The translations under genes were made by a program, and so were the position numbers. The notes beneath the pieces were generated by a model. The model did no database searches, was not told the DNA's origin, and saw nothing but the letters and a program-made list of their open reading frames with translations. Source: Phoronis australis (Eukaryota; Animalia; Phoronida). Taken from it: DNA of 64,000 nt. The stretch is from positions 168,456-232,455 of the forward strand of contig NMRA01000639.1 in NCBI GenBank assembly GCA_002633005.1, in the 5' to 3' direction. Within the stretch, counting starts at the first letter, position 1; each line of letters opens with the position of its first letter. This document shows positions 45,751-58,849 of the stretch, in pieces.

Positions 45751-46403
45751 CTGTACCAAGGCTATCCCTTAGGCCTCTTAAGCCTGATCAGGACAACAAA
45801 ACTTTGAACTTGGGCTCAGCATAATTACAAGAGGTGTCACACCAACAAATTTGCCGATTATGGGGTCACTGCTCAAGTTCATAATAGACAGACATACGGG
45901 ACAGCATGAGCTCATTTCGATCATTTAGAACATACCTCTAGTATACACCATGCATTAAAAAGCTGCATACAGCATAACAAGGGAATAAAGATGCGTTGTA
46001 TGCCTGATGCAGTTCGCAATCTCACCACTCCGTAGCACTACGTGATGTACGTTGTAACCTGCTGCTCTGGTGAGTTTCGCAATGTCGACACTATGTGACG
46101 CGAGAGATTATCTATTGCTTGATCTTCAATCTGGGTCTGACAATGAATGTCCTGATTGAAGGTCAAGCAACAGCCAATCACAGCGATCAACACGGATGTC
46201 ACAAAGTGGCATGATTGTGACATCGCCAGACTTCTATATCCGACTTCTAACACATGCGTTTCCCCATCCAGTACTTTTTTATTTACTTCTGTGGCCCAGA
46301 CAGGATACATAGCCGGTCAATGCATTAAAACAGGTGGAGGTGGCCGCAGAGGTTACTGTGAAACTCTGTGGGACAAGGGACAGATTTAATGTTGACTGGG
46401 GTA

Positions 46404-46662
46404 GTGCGTGCACGCACCCAGCCTAACAATTGGGGGCTCGAATTTTTGAGAATGTGGACCTTTTCTTAAGATTCAAAGGGAACGTTCTGAGCTATGAATT
46501 GTGCGTTTGTCAAAGTTTGGTAGTTCTTGTCTTTTTAGTGGACTTTTGTCTCATTTTCTACTTTTTTCAGAGTTTTATTTCTCTGAGGCAGACCTTTTTA
46601 CCCACTTTGCCAAACGGGGGCTCGTTCAAGCCCTCCCCGGAGTCCCCCTGGGTGCACACATG
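46404..46662 (+). mobile_element. GCGCACCC-ended MITE family, copy A
   Basis: Ends GTGCACGCACCC ... GGGTGCACACATG. Internal GGGGGCTCGAATTTTTGAGAATGTGGAC is shared with 62616-62837. Confidence 0.75.
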
Positions 46663-47008
46663 TAATGAGGGCGGCAACTGGAAGAGACTGATGAGGCAGT
46701 TTCAGAAACAGGGCAAATGTTTGCACAACACCCACTTTGCCGCTCACGTCTCAAGACATATTTCAAACACAGTTAATCTTGCTACAGTAAGGTCAGTGTC
46801 TACGAGCTTGGATTTGGTGAAAAGGTTAAGGTAGGTCGTCACATTTTTTAAATTCGTCACACGGCGGGAATCCTCCAAAAAAGGGTGCTGCAATTACCCG
46901 GTTAAAAAATCCCGAGATCTGTCGAGCGGATAGTCAGGATGCAAGTAACACAACGTAAGCTATACTTCAGTGACCTTCATATTGAAAGACATTAACTAAG
47001 ATACTTAC

Positions 47009-47145
47009 ACAATTATTAGATTTGTAACCAAACGTTTGTAATAAGCAGAACCAGCGAGAAGCACTTCCTTCAATATTCACGCCATGTTGAAGACTGAATA
47101 GGCTACGTAGGCTACGTCACTGAAAATCACTCGCAAGATGGCACT
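47009..47145 (-). promoter_or_regulatory. Candidate promoter / non-coding first exon of BAHD1
   Basis: Minus-strand donor GTAAGT at 47008. YY1-like motifs (CGCCATGTT ~47080, CAAGATGGC ~47134) and a half-CRE (ACGTCA). The link to BAHD1 is inferred from orientation. Confidence 0.4.
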
Positions 47146-50100
47146 AACAGCACTAGAACTGGGGGTTCTTTTCTATTCCACATTGGCGGGGGCCATGCAG
47201 ACCAATGCAATGCCAGTCGATGGACAATCAGAAAACTCCAACTGGGCCCTCCCTTAAATACCGGCCTAGGTTTTGGTAAAAAATATATCAACATTTTCGG
47301 GCAGAAATGGGCACAGACACATTTTTGTGTTGCCTACGAATTCAGTCTTCCGAGTCACCATCATGAAAATCCATTCTGAAATAAAGTTTTAGATATATAA
47401 CACAAAAGTAACAGCGGCCCATTGCTTAACTATACTCGGTGTCACAAATAGGAATTTCTACTTCTTTGTGCAGAAGTTCCCAGTGTTGCAGCGGTCGTGG
47501 CGGGTTGTTGCAATGGTCAGGTCAAACTCACGGGCCCAGGCTCCGTCCACGGCAGCTCACTCAGTCACAGAGTACGTGAACTGGGTTCCTAGGGGGGTCA
47601 AACGATGGAACACTTTCGTGAAAGAAAATGGTTCAGAGTTTATTGAGATTGGTCATCTGCTCAGTAAAACCATAGATATATCTATAGTCTATGGTAAAAC
47701 TGCCAATTCGATGCCGATGCACGTAAACAAGGCTTTCATTGCCTGTAATTTGAGTTGGTATCGGAAATACAATCTTATCACGGTAGAGACGGTATTTTGA
47801 TACCGACGGATGAGAGTTTAGTGCGAAATGCTGCTTTATGTCAGCCAAGTAGGCCTACTGGGTCTATACACATCTCTTATTTTTGGTTCTAAGCGTTGAG
47901 CCACTGAAAACCCACTCTGGAGACCTGTGCATAGATCTGACAAAGTGCCAGTCAATGAGTCGTGGATAGTCCCCGGGCGGCCGGGGTGCTATGTACGGAT
48001 GACGTCGTGGCGGAGCTAAAGCCGGGTGACTTTTTACGATTAGTGTACCTTAGTACGCCGAGAAGTGAAGTAATCATCTCAACGGAAGAGTGCCATTTCC
48101 AATATAATTCATTGAGAGTTCAGAGTTCTATGAGATGGGTCGTTTCAAAATTATCGTTTTAACAAGTTTATTTTAAAAATGTACTCATTTTTGGCAACAT
48201 GCCACCCCGTACTGTTTAAAGCTTGCCTCTCCAAGTATCCCCCCGCCTTTGAAAGTTTCATATTTGTGGAATTAACCCTTATAAAAGTGAAGTATGTCTG
48301 AAACAAAGTTCCTACTTATTGGGTACCTGTTTCGTATTCACACTCTTAAGGGACGTGTATTCTAATTTTCCACGTGTACCACAGTCGAGAGCCACACAGC
48401 AGGACAAGCCCATTGTCACCGCCATTATGGCTAGTTTTTACACAACTTGCAGCAGACGTGTGAACAGTCATTTCTTTCTTGTAAACCATGTTTTTATATT
48501 TGTCTGAAATATTTTTAAACCCATAGATAAGCAACTTGAAACAACTCAGATATTTTTCTTTCTGTTTTATTGTTCCAGTTAAACGTCACAGGTGGTCAAA
48601 AGGCAATCACAAAGCTTTTTTACGACATGACTAAGTGTCACGATAAAACCGACTGTTGAACATGTAGGTCAAAACCGTAAACTTGAAATACACACGAAAA
48701 AAAAAACGTGAAACACAAGTTGGAATTTTTCATGCAGGTATAACGGTTATGAATACGTTGTACTCAAATTGTGAGATTATCTTTGCGCGACTCAGTAGCT
48801 AATTCAAAGTTGACTTAGCGTAAAACCGAATCTCCACAACTATGATTAATGCCTTCCCTTCAACTCTGTGCCCATGCGCTCAGTTGATGTATCGTATGCG
48901 TAACGCATGTCCTTCTGATGGCAAATGCATCAATGATCTATTGTCACTGTTTGTCCTCTGACCCCACTCTTGCCTTGCCACTGGGACCAAGGGGTACGTT
49001 CACTCTCGCTTGATTTCACGTCTCCCATTTCTTGGTCTATTGATGTCCTATAAGTCACTTATAAGGTAACTAACTGTGTGTGACAAACAGCATTAAATTA
49101 TGAAACGTACTCTTTGAATCTTCTTAGACTACTGTATACATTTTGGTTAAAGCAAATTTACAGGTGAATTGCTTTGTGCTCTTGACTAAACTTGGGTAGG
49201 CGAGTAGATGTTTACGATGTCATTTTCGTTGAATGCTTCAAAAGAACAATTGCTACCCTAGCGCGTAGTTACATACGATTAGTGTCAAACTTATCTCGGA
49301 TAATTACCTCGTCGGTGAATTGAAACTTTGCATGCGAGGACGTCAGACACAATAAATGTGACTCTCTCAGTCAACGTTACATCTATGTTTGTAAAAAGTC
49401 ATGATTTACTCAAACAACGAAAATACCAACTACTTTCAAGTATTGACGAATACCCTATAACTCCGTTGTTTGTTGGTAAGTAGAAAACTAAGATATGCTT
49501 TTTCTCGGTCATAACAATAAGTGGGCAATTTTCTTGCAATGCATTAAAGAAAAATAATGTTTTAGGTTGCCAAGACATCGACAATCGAAAGGCCTCAAAA
49601 TGATTTTTCACATCGTCTCGAATAACTCGCACATATAGCTCATAAAATATGTTTAAAATTTGCCAAGGGTAAAGGTATAGCAATGAAAAATAAAGATATG
49701 ACTTCACACAATTATCACTTTAAAAAAATTAATAAAGGTTGACCTTTACCTAAGCTACAAGTTAATTACAATAAATAGAAAAAATTTAATTTAACTTGAA
49801 ATTTTGACGATTTTTAAAAAGTAAATCCGTATCAGAAACCCGTTTCACAGTTATGAGAGGCTGTTGTAATTTTTGAGAACTGGCTACATGTCGTGCAAGA
49901 GAGGGTGAAAGTTTAATCGTTGGCAAAAGAATCTCTCACCCGCCAACACGACAACCACCGAATTATTCTAAAGACCCGGTGGCTCAGTGCTGATTAGCCC
50001 AGTCATTGAAAGGTTACAAAAACTTTCATTCTGATGGCTAGCACGTACACCGGTCGCCACCAAGTTCTTCGCAGCGCTAAATTCATGATGAACCAGCCGA

Positions 50101-50576
50101 CTACCGGACGGCGAAACGAAGTGCGTGGAAATTACTCTAACGCGGCTATCGTAGAAAATCATGTACTATACAAAATTGTCATCCTCAGCCTCATTTAAGT
50201 GAGAATCCGACCCCTAGTGTGGCTAATTGTCCCAACTTATTCCTCTGTCAGATGACGTCGCGATTTTTGGTCTTGCAACTGACACTTCGTCTTGCTCAAA
50301 ACTCGGTGAGTAAAATATGACGTATAGACAACGAATTCAACTGGTGGAGTTTTATGTCAAGCAATTACGATCTGTCGGTTCTGTCGAAGAATAGAACCAC
50401 GCCTATTTGAGTCGACTAAGAAACACATATTTCATCACCGCCAAATAGTCTAAATCTTAGACCACGGAGTCTAAATCAAATTGTATTTTTTGCCACAGAA
50501 CTAGGGGAAGGGTTACAGAAGTTAAAACGTTTTACCTCTGCCGCCACACCCTCTATGGCATGGACGGCTTCATCCA

Positions 50577-50783
50577 ATGCGCGCACCCGAGGGGGGACAC
50601 GAAGTGGGCAAAAAGGTCCGCCTCAGAGAAACAAAAAGTCTGAGAAAACGAGACGAAAGTCCACAGGAATTTTGCGCTAATGCACAATTCATAGGTCTGA
50701 ACGTAGTGCCCCGTTTTTTTTCAAGTAGTCCCCGTTTTTTCAGTAAAAATTCTAGCCTATATTTTAGGCTGGGTGCGCGCGTG
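50577..50783 (-). mobile_element. GCGCACCC-ended MITE family, copy B (inverted)
   Basis: ATGCGCGCACCC ... GGGTGCGCGCGTG. Internal CCTCAGAGAAACAAAA and TGCACAATT are reverse complements of blocks in the other copies. Confidence 0.75.
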
Positions 50784-53303
50784 CATCCTATAATGTTTAG
50801 CACCCCTGGGGTTAGCATACTCGGCATTTTTAACGACCGGGGCAGCTGGAAAATTAGGACATCAATTTCGAAAGTGGGATCGAAAAAGGGCCCTAGTTGC
50901 GGGAAGTTTCCACAAAAAGTCACCCTTTCGTAGGAGTCCGTACTGAACATCAACAACTGGTTTTTAACCCAGAAACAGAAATGTCAAGCTGCAAAAATGA
51001 GCACATAATACCAAAAGAATATGTAAACTCTCCTGCACTAGGATTTGTATAGCTGGGAAAGTGAACTTGATTTTTTTAATTATTGCAGCGACTATTACTT
51101 GTTGGAAAAAAAGTTACCCCTTCGTAGGGAATTTATCAGGACAGGGATGCAGATCTGAAAGTAACCCTTCTTAGTAGTAAGTCCCATAAAAACATCTTTT
51201 ATGAGACTACCCTTGTGTTTCACCCACTCCGGCCAGAAATCACCACATTGCCACGTACACAAGGCAATTTTGGTTGATTATAATTTATCAGGAAATATAT
51301 TTATAAGAATGCATATCAATCATTGGTATGAATGGTACAAGACATAATTGGTTGAAAAGAATTCATTGTTAAAGGTGGATATATGTTTATGCAAGGTATA
51401 TCATCAATCATGATAATTTATATTTCTTATCTGAGACCGATGATAAATGATCAAATGAGGTTTTCCAATGCTTAGAATGATGATCCTTTATCATCAGGCT
51501 CATATGAATTCTTATCACAAAATGTGGGGGGCGTAGTTATATCTTAACCCAAAATGTTTGCATTCAATGTAGTAAAAGCCAATAAGTATGAGGGAAGTCA
51601 GTTTAAATATTATATTGAAATTTTGATTATGCAATAAAACACTACAAAGTAGCAAACGCACAAGAGATTGTTTCACGGTTCCCAGAATTAACAAGTCTAA
51701 GTGTAACAAAGACTGAATCATGAAGTGGTCTATTGAACAGCAAGTACATGACAAATCACTTAAGACCCGAACTTATAGCTGGTATGACATGAAATCTGAT
51801 GAAATGACAGTCACCAACTACCATATTATCTCTGCTCTATCCAATATACCATAAACATTCTCATCACACTGCTGGCAATAAAGAACTTAAAACTTAAAAG
51901 ATAAATATCACAAATCTAGAGCTTAATTATATTTTGTTTCCATGGAACATCACCAGGCAGTGACAGAATGCCTCGGATGATTACTTCACACGAGTTACTA
52001 CTTTGTAAACTTGACAAATAGACAATTGAGAGGTCAATAACAAATAACATTATTTTAAATTGCACAAAACAATGATTTTTGAGCATAATTGATCATGAGC
52101 AAATGAGTGATAAAAATAAATACATAATGATGTGCCACTAAGGAATGCTAACATTTCCACAGACCATCCCAGTCATGTGACGATTATTTCTGTGCATAAG
52201 TATTCTAAATTCTTCTCAATACAGTAAAATTCCTTAATTTAAGACAACCTTTTCAATGAAAATAAAGCTTGTCCAAAAATTATAGAAGTTTCCATTGAAT
52301 GGAAATCATTCTAGACGCCAGTGAACTCTCAGACAATGTCATTTGGAAACCATTTTTTTGGCTTGTTTGTTGGTTTGTAACTCTTTGTTTTGGTTCTAAA
52401 AGAGAATGAGCATGCTTTCATAATATACGATATCACCATGGACAGAGTGGAGTTCACAGACATCTTTAATGGGATAGTTCATCACCGCTAACAAGATTTA
52501 TAATGATTTGAATTTTGCGATTTTGGGTTGTACTTTTTCTAAATAACCCAATAAGTGTCAAAAGCGACAAAATCGTGAACACAGCCCCAAAGTTTTAAAA
52601 AATACTTCATTTTCCAATGTCTTAAATTAAGAAACTTTACCACATCTTGCAAAACACTTGAGATGCACAACAATAAAATCCTCCAACAGCACACAAAATC
52701 ATTCAGGCCCTCTCAAACTGTCAACTCATCACATGATGAATGACACAAACCATGACAGAAAAGAAAAAACAGACACAAAATGTCAACTTCCGAAAATCAT
52801 CTTATGTAAAATCTCACCAATTTCGGATAAAATGATAATGGCCAAAATTGGCCTTTACTTTTTCATTTTTCAAAGGCTTTTAACAGAATTATTGTCTGAA
52901 AGTAGCGATGCAATAGGTCATTCAAAATAAGAATGTATTTGGTGCTACTTATATTTTATGAAAAATAAACAAAAAAATCACTAGTGAGCCATATTGCGTC
53001 CTAAATTGGTGAAATTCTATCATATTTCAAGATTGCTCTATACTTCAATTCATTGGCAACCAGATTGAGAATTTTTTTCAGCATGATTGTAGTTTTCAAA
53101 TCACCAGCTTTATCGCAATCAAGAACAGTTAGAAATAATGATAGAAATATCGATACGCTAATACTGAAGTATGCTTGGACCTGCCAATCAAATAAGTTGT
53201 TTTCACTTATGGAAGACACAAATGTCTTGGGCATCAATTCATGAGAATAGGTAAACTAATAAACAATCACTCTTAAATTAATATATTTAAATATAACAAA
53301 ATA

Positions 53304-56300
53304 TTATGAGTCAAAGAATTCATCCCTTTCTTTCGCCGATGGATATTTATCACTGGCATAGCCTGAGCTTGGGGCGCTCCGTTGGAACGCAGCATCAAAA
53401 CTGTCTACAGTACTAGCACTTGTGAAACGGAAATCCTTGGGTGCATTAGGGTTAAACTTTTTCACTGGACTGCTCCTTCCAGAATATATCCTCTCCTCAC
53501 TGTCTGCAACACTGACAGCTTTTGTTGATTCACCGTCTCCAAGCCATGAGTCAGCTGCAAGAAAAAGATCCAATATTAAAGATCTGATTTCCATGTTCCA
53601 GTGTTCACAAACACCTTATAATAAATGCACAACTCCTTAATAAATATGGGACGAACACTCTCTCCAGCAAACATCGAACTGTCAACTAACAAGACAGATC
53701 CAATCTGTCCATGAATGTGAGCATGTCACAATAGTTTTGATTTGTAAAAGAAGTATTCTTTCCTGTAAAACCATTTATATGATTTTAGAGACCATTTTCT
53801 GCCAATCAAATAATCTCAAACATTTTTGTTACCACGATTACTTTCCATACATAATGTTAATTCAAATTCTAAGCAGCAAAGTCATCTTTTGCAGTGACCT
53901 ATACTATTAAAATAACACGTAACAACGAGAAGTTGGTATAGTACTTACCATCATCGTCAGCATTAAAACATTCATCTTTCTCCACATCAAAGTCGACCTC
54001 TTCATTCTGCATTTTCTCAATTCGCTTCGCTTTTTCACGCGCTCTTCGGGCACGCTCTTCTCTCTTCTTTTGCTTGTCTATAATTTCTTGTTGTCTGGCA
54101 GTTCGATTTTTACCAGCAGACTGTTGACTTTTCTCAATCTAGAAAACACAAAACATTGTTTCTGTCAATAGATTTTAAATGATGTTGACTAAGAAGCATG
54201 CTAGCACTGAGCTAAGACCAGGAGAGAAACAAATAGCCACAAACAAAGTTTGCGATATATTGTAATAGTTACTGACAATGGGTAAACAAGTTCTCTGAAC
54301 AACAGCATCTGCATTAATTTTCACTCATGTATGGGAGAGCGGGACACTTTTACTTGTTGCAAAACTAAATCAAAATAAAAAGAAACTATTAAATATAAAT
54401 ATCTAAAAAACTCTCTATATATATACTTCAATTATTACATTGAATTGAATACAACACAGTGCATAACATTGTTAACATGCCATGCGATACATACACACTA
54501 CTCTCATTAAAAACAGGCAGGTGGCCTGGTGCCTTCTCGTTACACCAGGTATGCTTAGACCACACAATTGGGCCCATTGCACTAATCACTTAAATAACAC
54601 TCAAGGGATCCCTCAGCATGGGGTTTATCATGAGTAAAATCTTCTAATCTTCCTGTTTTTCTCAGGAAATTAGAGAGGCTATTGAACCTGCACGATCTAG
54701 CTATTTCTACCAGGCAAGTTACATGTCCGTCAAACAGAAGATTGCAAAGACCCTGATGAGCATTGGTCACATGTCAAAAATAACAGCTTACCTCTATGTA
54801 TTGCTGCTGAGCCTTCTCAAAATCTTTTGCAGCCATGAGTTCCCGCCGTCTTTTTGATGATTTTCTGGAAGCACTTATAATTTTCTGACGCTCCTTAAAA
54901 CAAAAAAAAACATGAATAATTAGCACACAATGAATAATGATCTTAACTTAATACTCCTCAGGTTGTAAATAACCAGAAAATATTAGCAAGTATATGAGAC
55001 ATCTGAAATTGACGCAACACGTGAGAATTAGCATAGCCAAAATTATTCATTTGTTAAATACATTTACGTAGCCAAGAAAATTCTTTTGAAACTTAGAAAG
55101 GATACCTGGCAGCACTCTACAGAACACTGAATATTTGGACAAGCCCTCAGTACAATAACAGTTATAATTACTGTATGGCTAAAACAGCTATTACATAATA
55201 CTTTGGCTAGGTACTTGGGAATTAATTGCTTTACCAAGTGAGTTCCCAATGCAAAGATTAGACAACGTAAAAGCTTCAAATGAGACTCAATAAGCACAAG
55301 GTAAGCCTACCTTTTCCCTCTTCTCCTCAGCTACTCTTTGCTTTTCTTCCAACATCTCAGCAGTTAGTGTAGGGACAGACAGTGGTTCAAGAGACTGGAA
55401 AATAACAATTTATACATTAGCACCACCTGCTGGTGTTGATTAACAACACACCAATGAAACAGTCAAACATACATTCTCATATGCAGTACTAAATCTATAA
55501 CTTAGATAAATTACTTTACACTTTGGAGAGTATTGAAATGAGTTTAGAAAAAGTCGAAATTTTCAAATTCTTCAAATTTTGAGAAGAAAATTTCCCTCAG
55601 TCAGAGAATGTATTTTCAAATTGCTGGCTGACTGTACAGTTGATTACTTACGATAAAACAGGTTCCTTTTACTTCAAATTTATCATCCCTCATTAGTAGA
55701 ATAAAGAGTTACACTGTATAAAATGTGCTTGGAATCTTTCAATAAACAAATTGTCACATCACAATGCCATAACTCAAAAATTTGATTTAAAGATAACACA
55801 CCTAACAACTCATTAAAATTGGCAGTGAAATTTATATGGAAGGCACTTTCCTCAGTAGAATCACACTACACTCAATTGAAGTTTATTTATGCTTTACGAA
55901 AGTAAAACAAAACAATAACATCAAAAGCCACCCGTATCCTCTCCCCAAGCATAGCATATATCGAGCCAGGTTATAAATCCAGTTATATTCTTGGCCTGCA
56001 TTGTTCGAAATGCAGTTAAATTAAGAGCTCTCTTGTTGCTGGGCACTCATTCATGTATACAGAGTAAAGAATTAGATCAATAACCATGGCCAGATCGAAG
56101 GAAGTCTGTTGAATGGAGCATTGTGTCTTGTTTGTTTCTCTCCATTGACCTCACTTTGTCACTATTGACAATCTGAACACAGGATGAATGGGGCATTTAT
56201 GAAACACATAGAGTATATGGGTAAAAATTCACCTGAAATCGCTTAGGCGGAGGCCTTGAAGTGATAGTTTTATCACCAGGTCCAAGATTTACTTCAAAGG

Positions 56301-57139
56301 CTATACCTCTTGGTGCACCTATATGTTAAGAACAAAGTTGAGACAATTAAAGTTTCTTCAAGTTATGACTGAATACTTTGTGTCAGCGCTAGAACAACGA
56401 TTATATCTTCTAATGCTAATTGGATGAAACACATTTGTAATTTGCACAAAGCAATGGTAATTTTGATCAACATAGGATTTACTAGGATTAGGAATGTACA
56501 GTGATGTTAAAGTGACGCCGTTACCATAGTTATTAATACTTGGATCAGTGCAGTCTGACCATAAATCTCTTAACTAGTTCTCATTAAAAGTAACATTGGT
56601 AGTGTCAATGTAGAATTAACTAAATCATGTCAGTGAAACCTGAAGACAATTCAGCTTCTAAAACTTAGTTCATCTTAATACATACATGTAGCACAGACAT
56701 GTCATCATGTCAGCACATCATTACTCAATCTACAATTTAAATCGATTATAAAACACGTAAAACTTAAGAATTTTTACAGTTCATGCTCAAAACCTAACAT
56801 AAACCTCGTCCTACTGGAACAAACAGCTGTCTTACCTGTGGTGCTTCCGCTAATAGTGGACAGGGGGCGAGCATTAGCAGCATTTTTCGCATTCTCCTTG
56901 TTTTCAAAAACATTAGGAGTCGGTGTTCGAACAGGAGAAGCCGGTTTAATGTTGTCATTAATGTCAGCAGAATTATCCCCGTACTCTAAACATTGTGATC
57001 TTGAGACCGACTCTCCTGGTACATTATCCGGCGAGGGCGAGCTGACATCTCTTTGGTTGTTGTTCCTTTGAGCACGTGATTTCTCTATGGACACAGCTGA
57101 TGCCTGAATCTGAGCAGCACTGGAGGATCCACAACCCAT
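53304..57139 (-). CDS. Stathmin-domain protein (STMND1-like) with N-terminal MGC acylation motif, 6 coding exons, 338 aa
   Basis: Exons 57139-56836, 56318-56233, 55394-55311, 54893-54792, 54138-53949 and 53554-53304, frame-consistent GT-AG. Peptides MGCGSSS, GIAFEVNL..RPPPKRFQSLE, LTAEMLEEKQRVAEEKREK and REERARRAREKAK resemble the stathmin cap and helix. Confidence 0.8.
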
Positions 57140-58326
57140 TCCCTGTAAGACAAAGATTTAAGCTAATATAAATATTTCAAAAGCCTTGATTGACAAAGAT
57201 GACAAAAAACACGCATAGCTCACACAGAGTTGTATACTGGCTTGTTGGTATCAGTCTGACATGCCTAAGAACCAAGTGAGCCTTTAAGATAGGCTGTTAC
57301 TTTATCAATATAAGACAATAAATAAGACATGAGGAAAGACACTAGTATGCTGTAACCCTGAACACGGACAACACTGAGGTTATCTAAAAACCGGTTTATT
57401 GCCAGTGTTAGGCCTAAGTTGATAAAATCTAACAGGATTGATTTTCATTAAATGAGTCAAACAAATTCAGGTTTTTCTGGTTGGAAATGTGAAGTTTCCA
57501 GCAGTTTTTAAAGTGTGCAGCAAATTTTTGATAATTTTGTTACCAAGGCAGAGATCACGTTTTCAATAGGCCCTAAAGTAAATCTGGCCACACAAGCTTT
57601 CAATTAAATTGTGTGCAGTCGCTACCGATGTAACTTTTAATCTGTTTGGTCAACAGTTTTGCGTAATATAATATTTGTTTGGTGCATTCAAGATGCATAC
57701 ATATTCATAACTATAGTATAATGAAGTAACATCACAGCTGAGAACCTTTGTTGCTTTTTTACTTGGACCTGGGCTGTAAAATAACTTGATTCTGAATAAA
57801 ACGGGCTCCTAACCAGCTACACCTCGTCATGAAGCGTAACCTGACGTCAGATCATTATAGAATACCCTAGTAGCGTACGGTACGATGGTCAACAGTGTTC
57901 CTGCGATACATCTCAGCTGAAAAGTGCTGCACTAAGACAGCGGTAAGAGTTACGTGTCTCGACTATAAAGTAAAGCCTCAAGCACTCGCGGTGTAATCCT
58001 GCCTGTCTCTCAATAACGTTATAAGTCCGTTATAAATGACTATATTAGGCCTACTTGGTAGGCCTAAGGGTTTCATGGTGTTTGGCAATAGTTAGTTAGG
58101 GGTTAGTTTTTCAGAGATATATATGTAAAGTCCCAGTTAGTCATATGATTGATGCAGATGCCGGGTTCAGACGTTTGCCAAACTTCGACAATCGTGCAAA
58201 GCGCCACGATTACCACACCGCGTAAAATGGCACGGGCACTCACGCATTACTTTTACCCGGACGAACGTTTTGCACGAGTATATACGCTTGAGGTTCGCCG
58301 ACGGCAACTGAAAAAGATCCACTCAC

Positions 58327-58450
58327 CTTCCCAATATTTCACTAAAATGTCAAACACTTCCACAGAGACAAGTCTATCGTTGGCACGCGAACAACTGTTT
58401 ACTGAACTGACCAGGCCAGACACACATTTTGGTCAATGACGTCACACGTC
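58327..58450 (-). promoter_or_regulatory. Candidate 5'UTR exon/promoter of the stathmin-domain gene
   Basis: Minus-strand donor AAG|GTGAGT at 58326. Palindromic CRE sites TGACGTCA at 58437-58444 and 57842-57849. Confidence 0.45.
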
Positions 58451-58849
58451 TGTCATGACGACATGTAAATAACTTTAAAGACCATTCATTGTCGTAATGC
58501 ATAATAGAAATTCAGGTAATTGAACTTTTTATGAGCCTTTTTGTTACAAAATGTATATAAATTGTAAACATAATTATTGTGTTGCATTCATCTATCAATG
58601 AGGCGTAACAAGCATATTCTTGTATGTTTCAGTGAAGTATAATAAATAAATGGTCCCTAATAAGTCTTTCTGTCGCACAATAGATGTCTCTGCACCCAAT
58701 ATTTCACGCAGGTGCTCGTTCGCCGGAAACTAAAATACATCATTTCTAAAACAAAAACACCAATATGCCACACTATGCAATACAATATCACAATCTATAT
58801 ATTGAAATAATACAACACTTGGTATGATAAATTTCTAGTCATGGAATTT

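Noticed and set aside
46038-46310. ORF with a signal-peptide-like stretch (MSQSCHFVTSVLIAVIGCC) as a nested secreted gene
   Set aside because: Weak donor, no convincing downstream exons and no family similarity. It cannot be excluded without RNA data.
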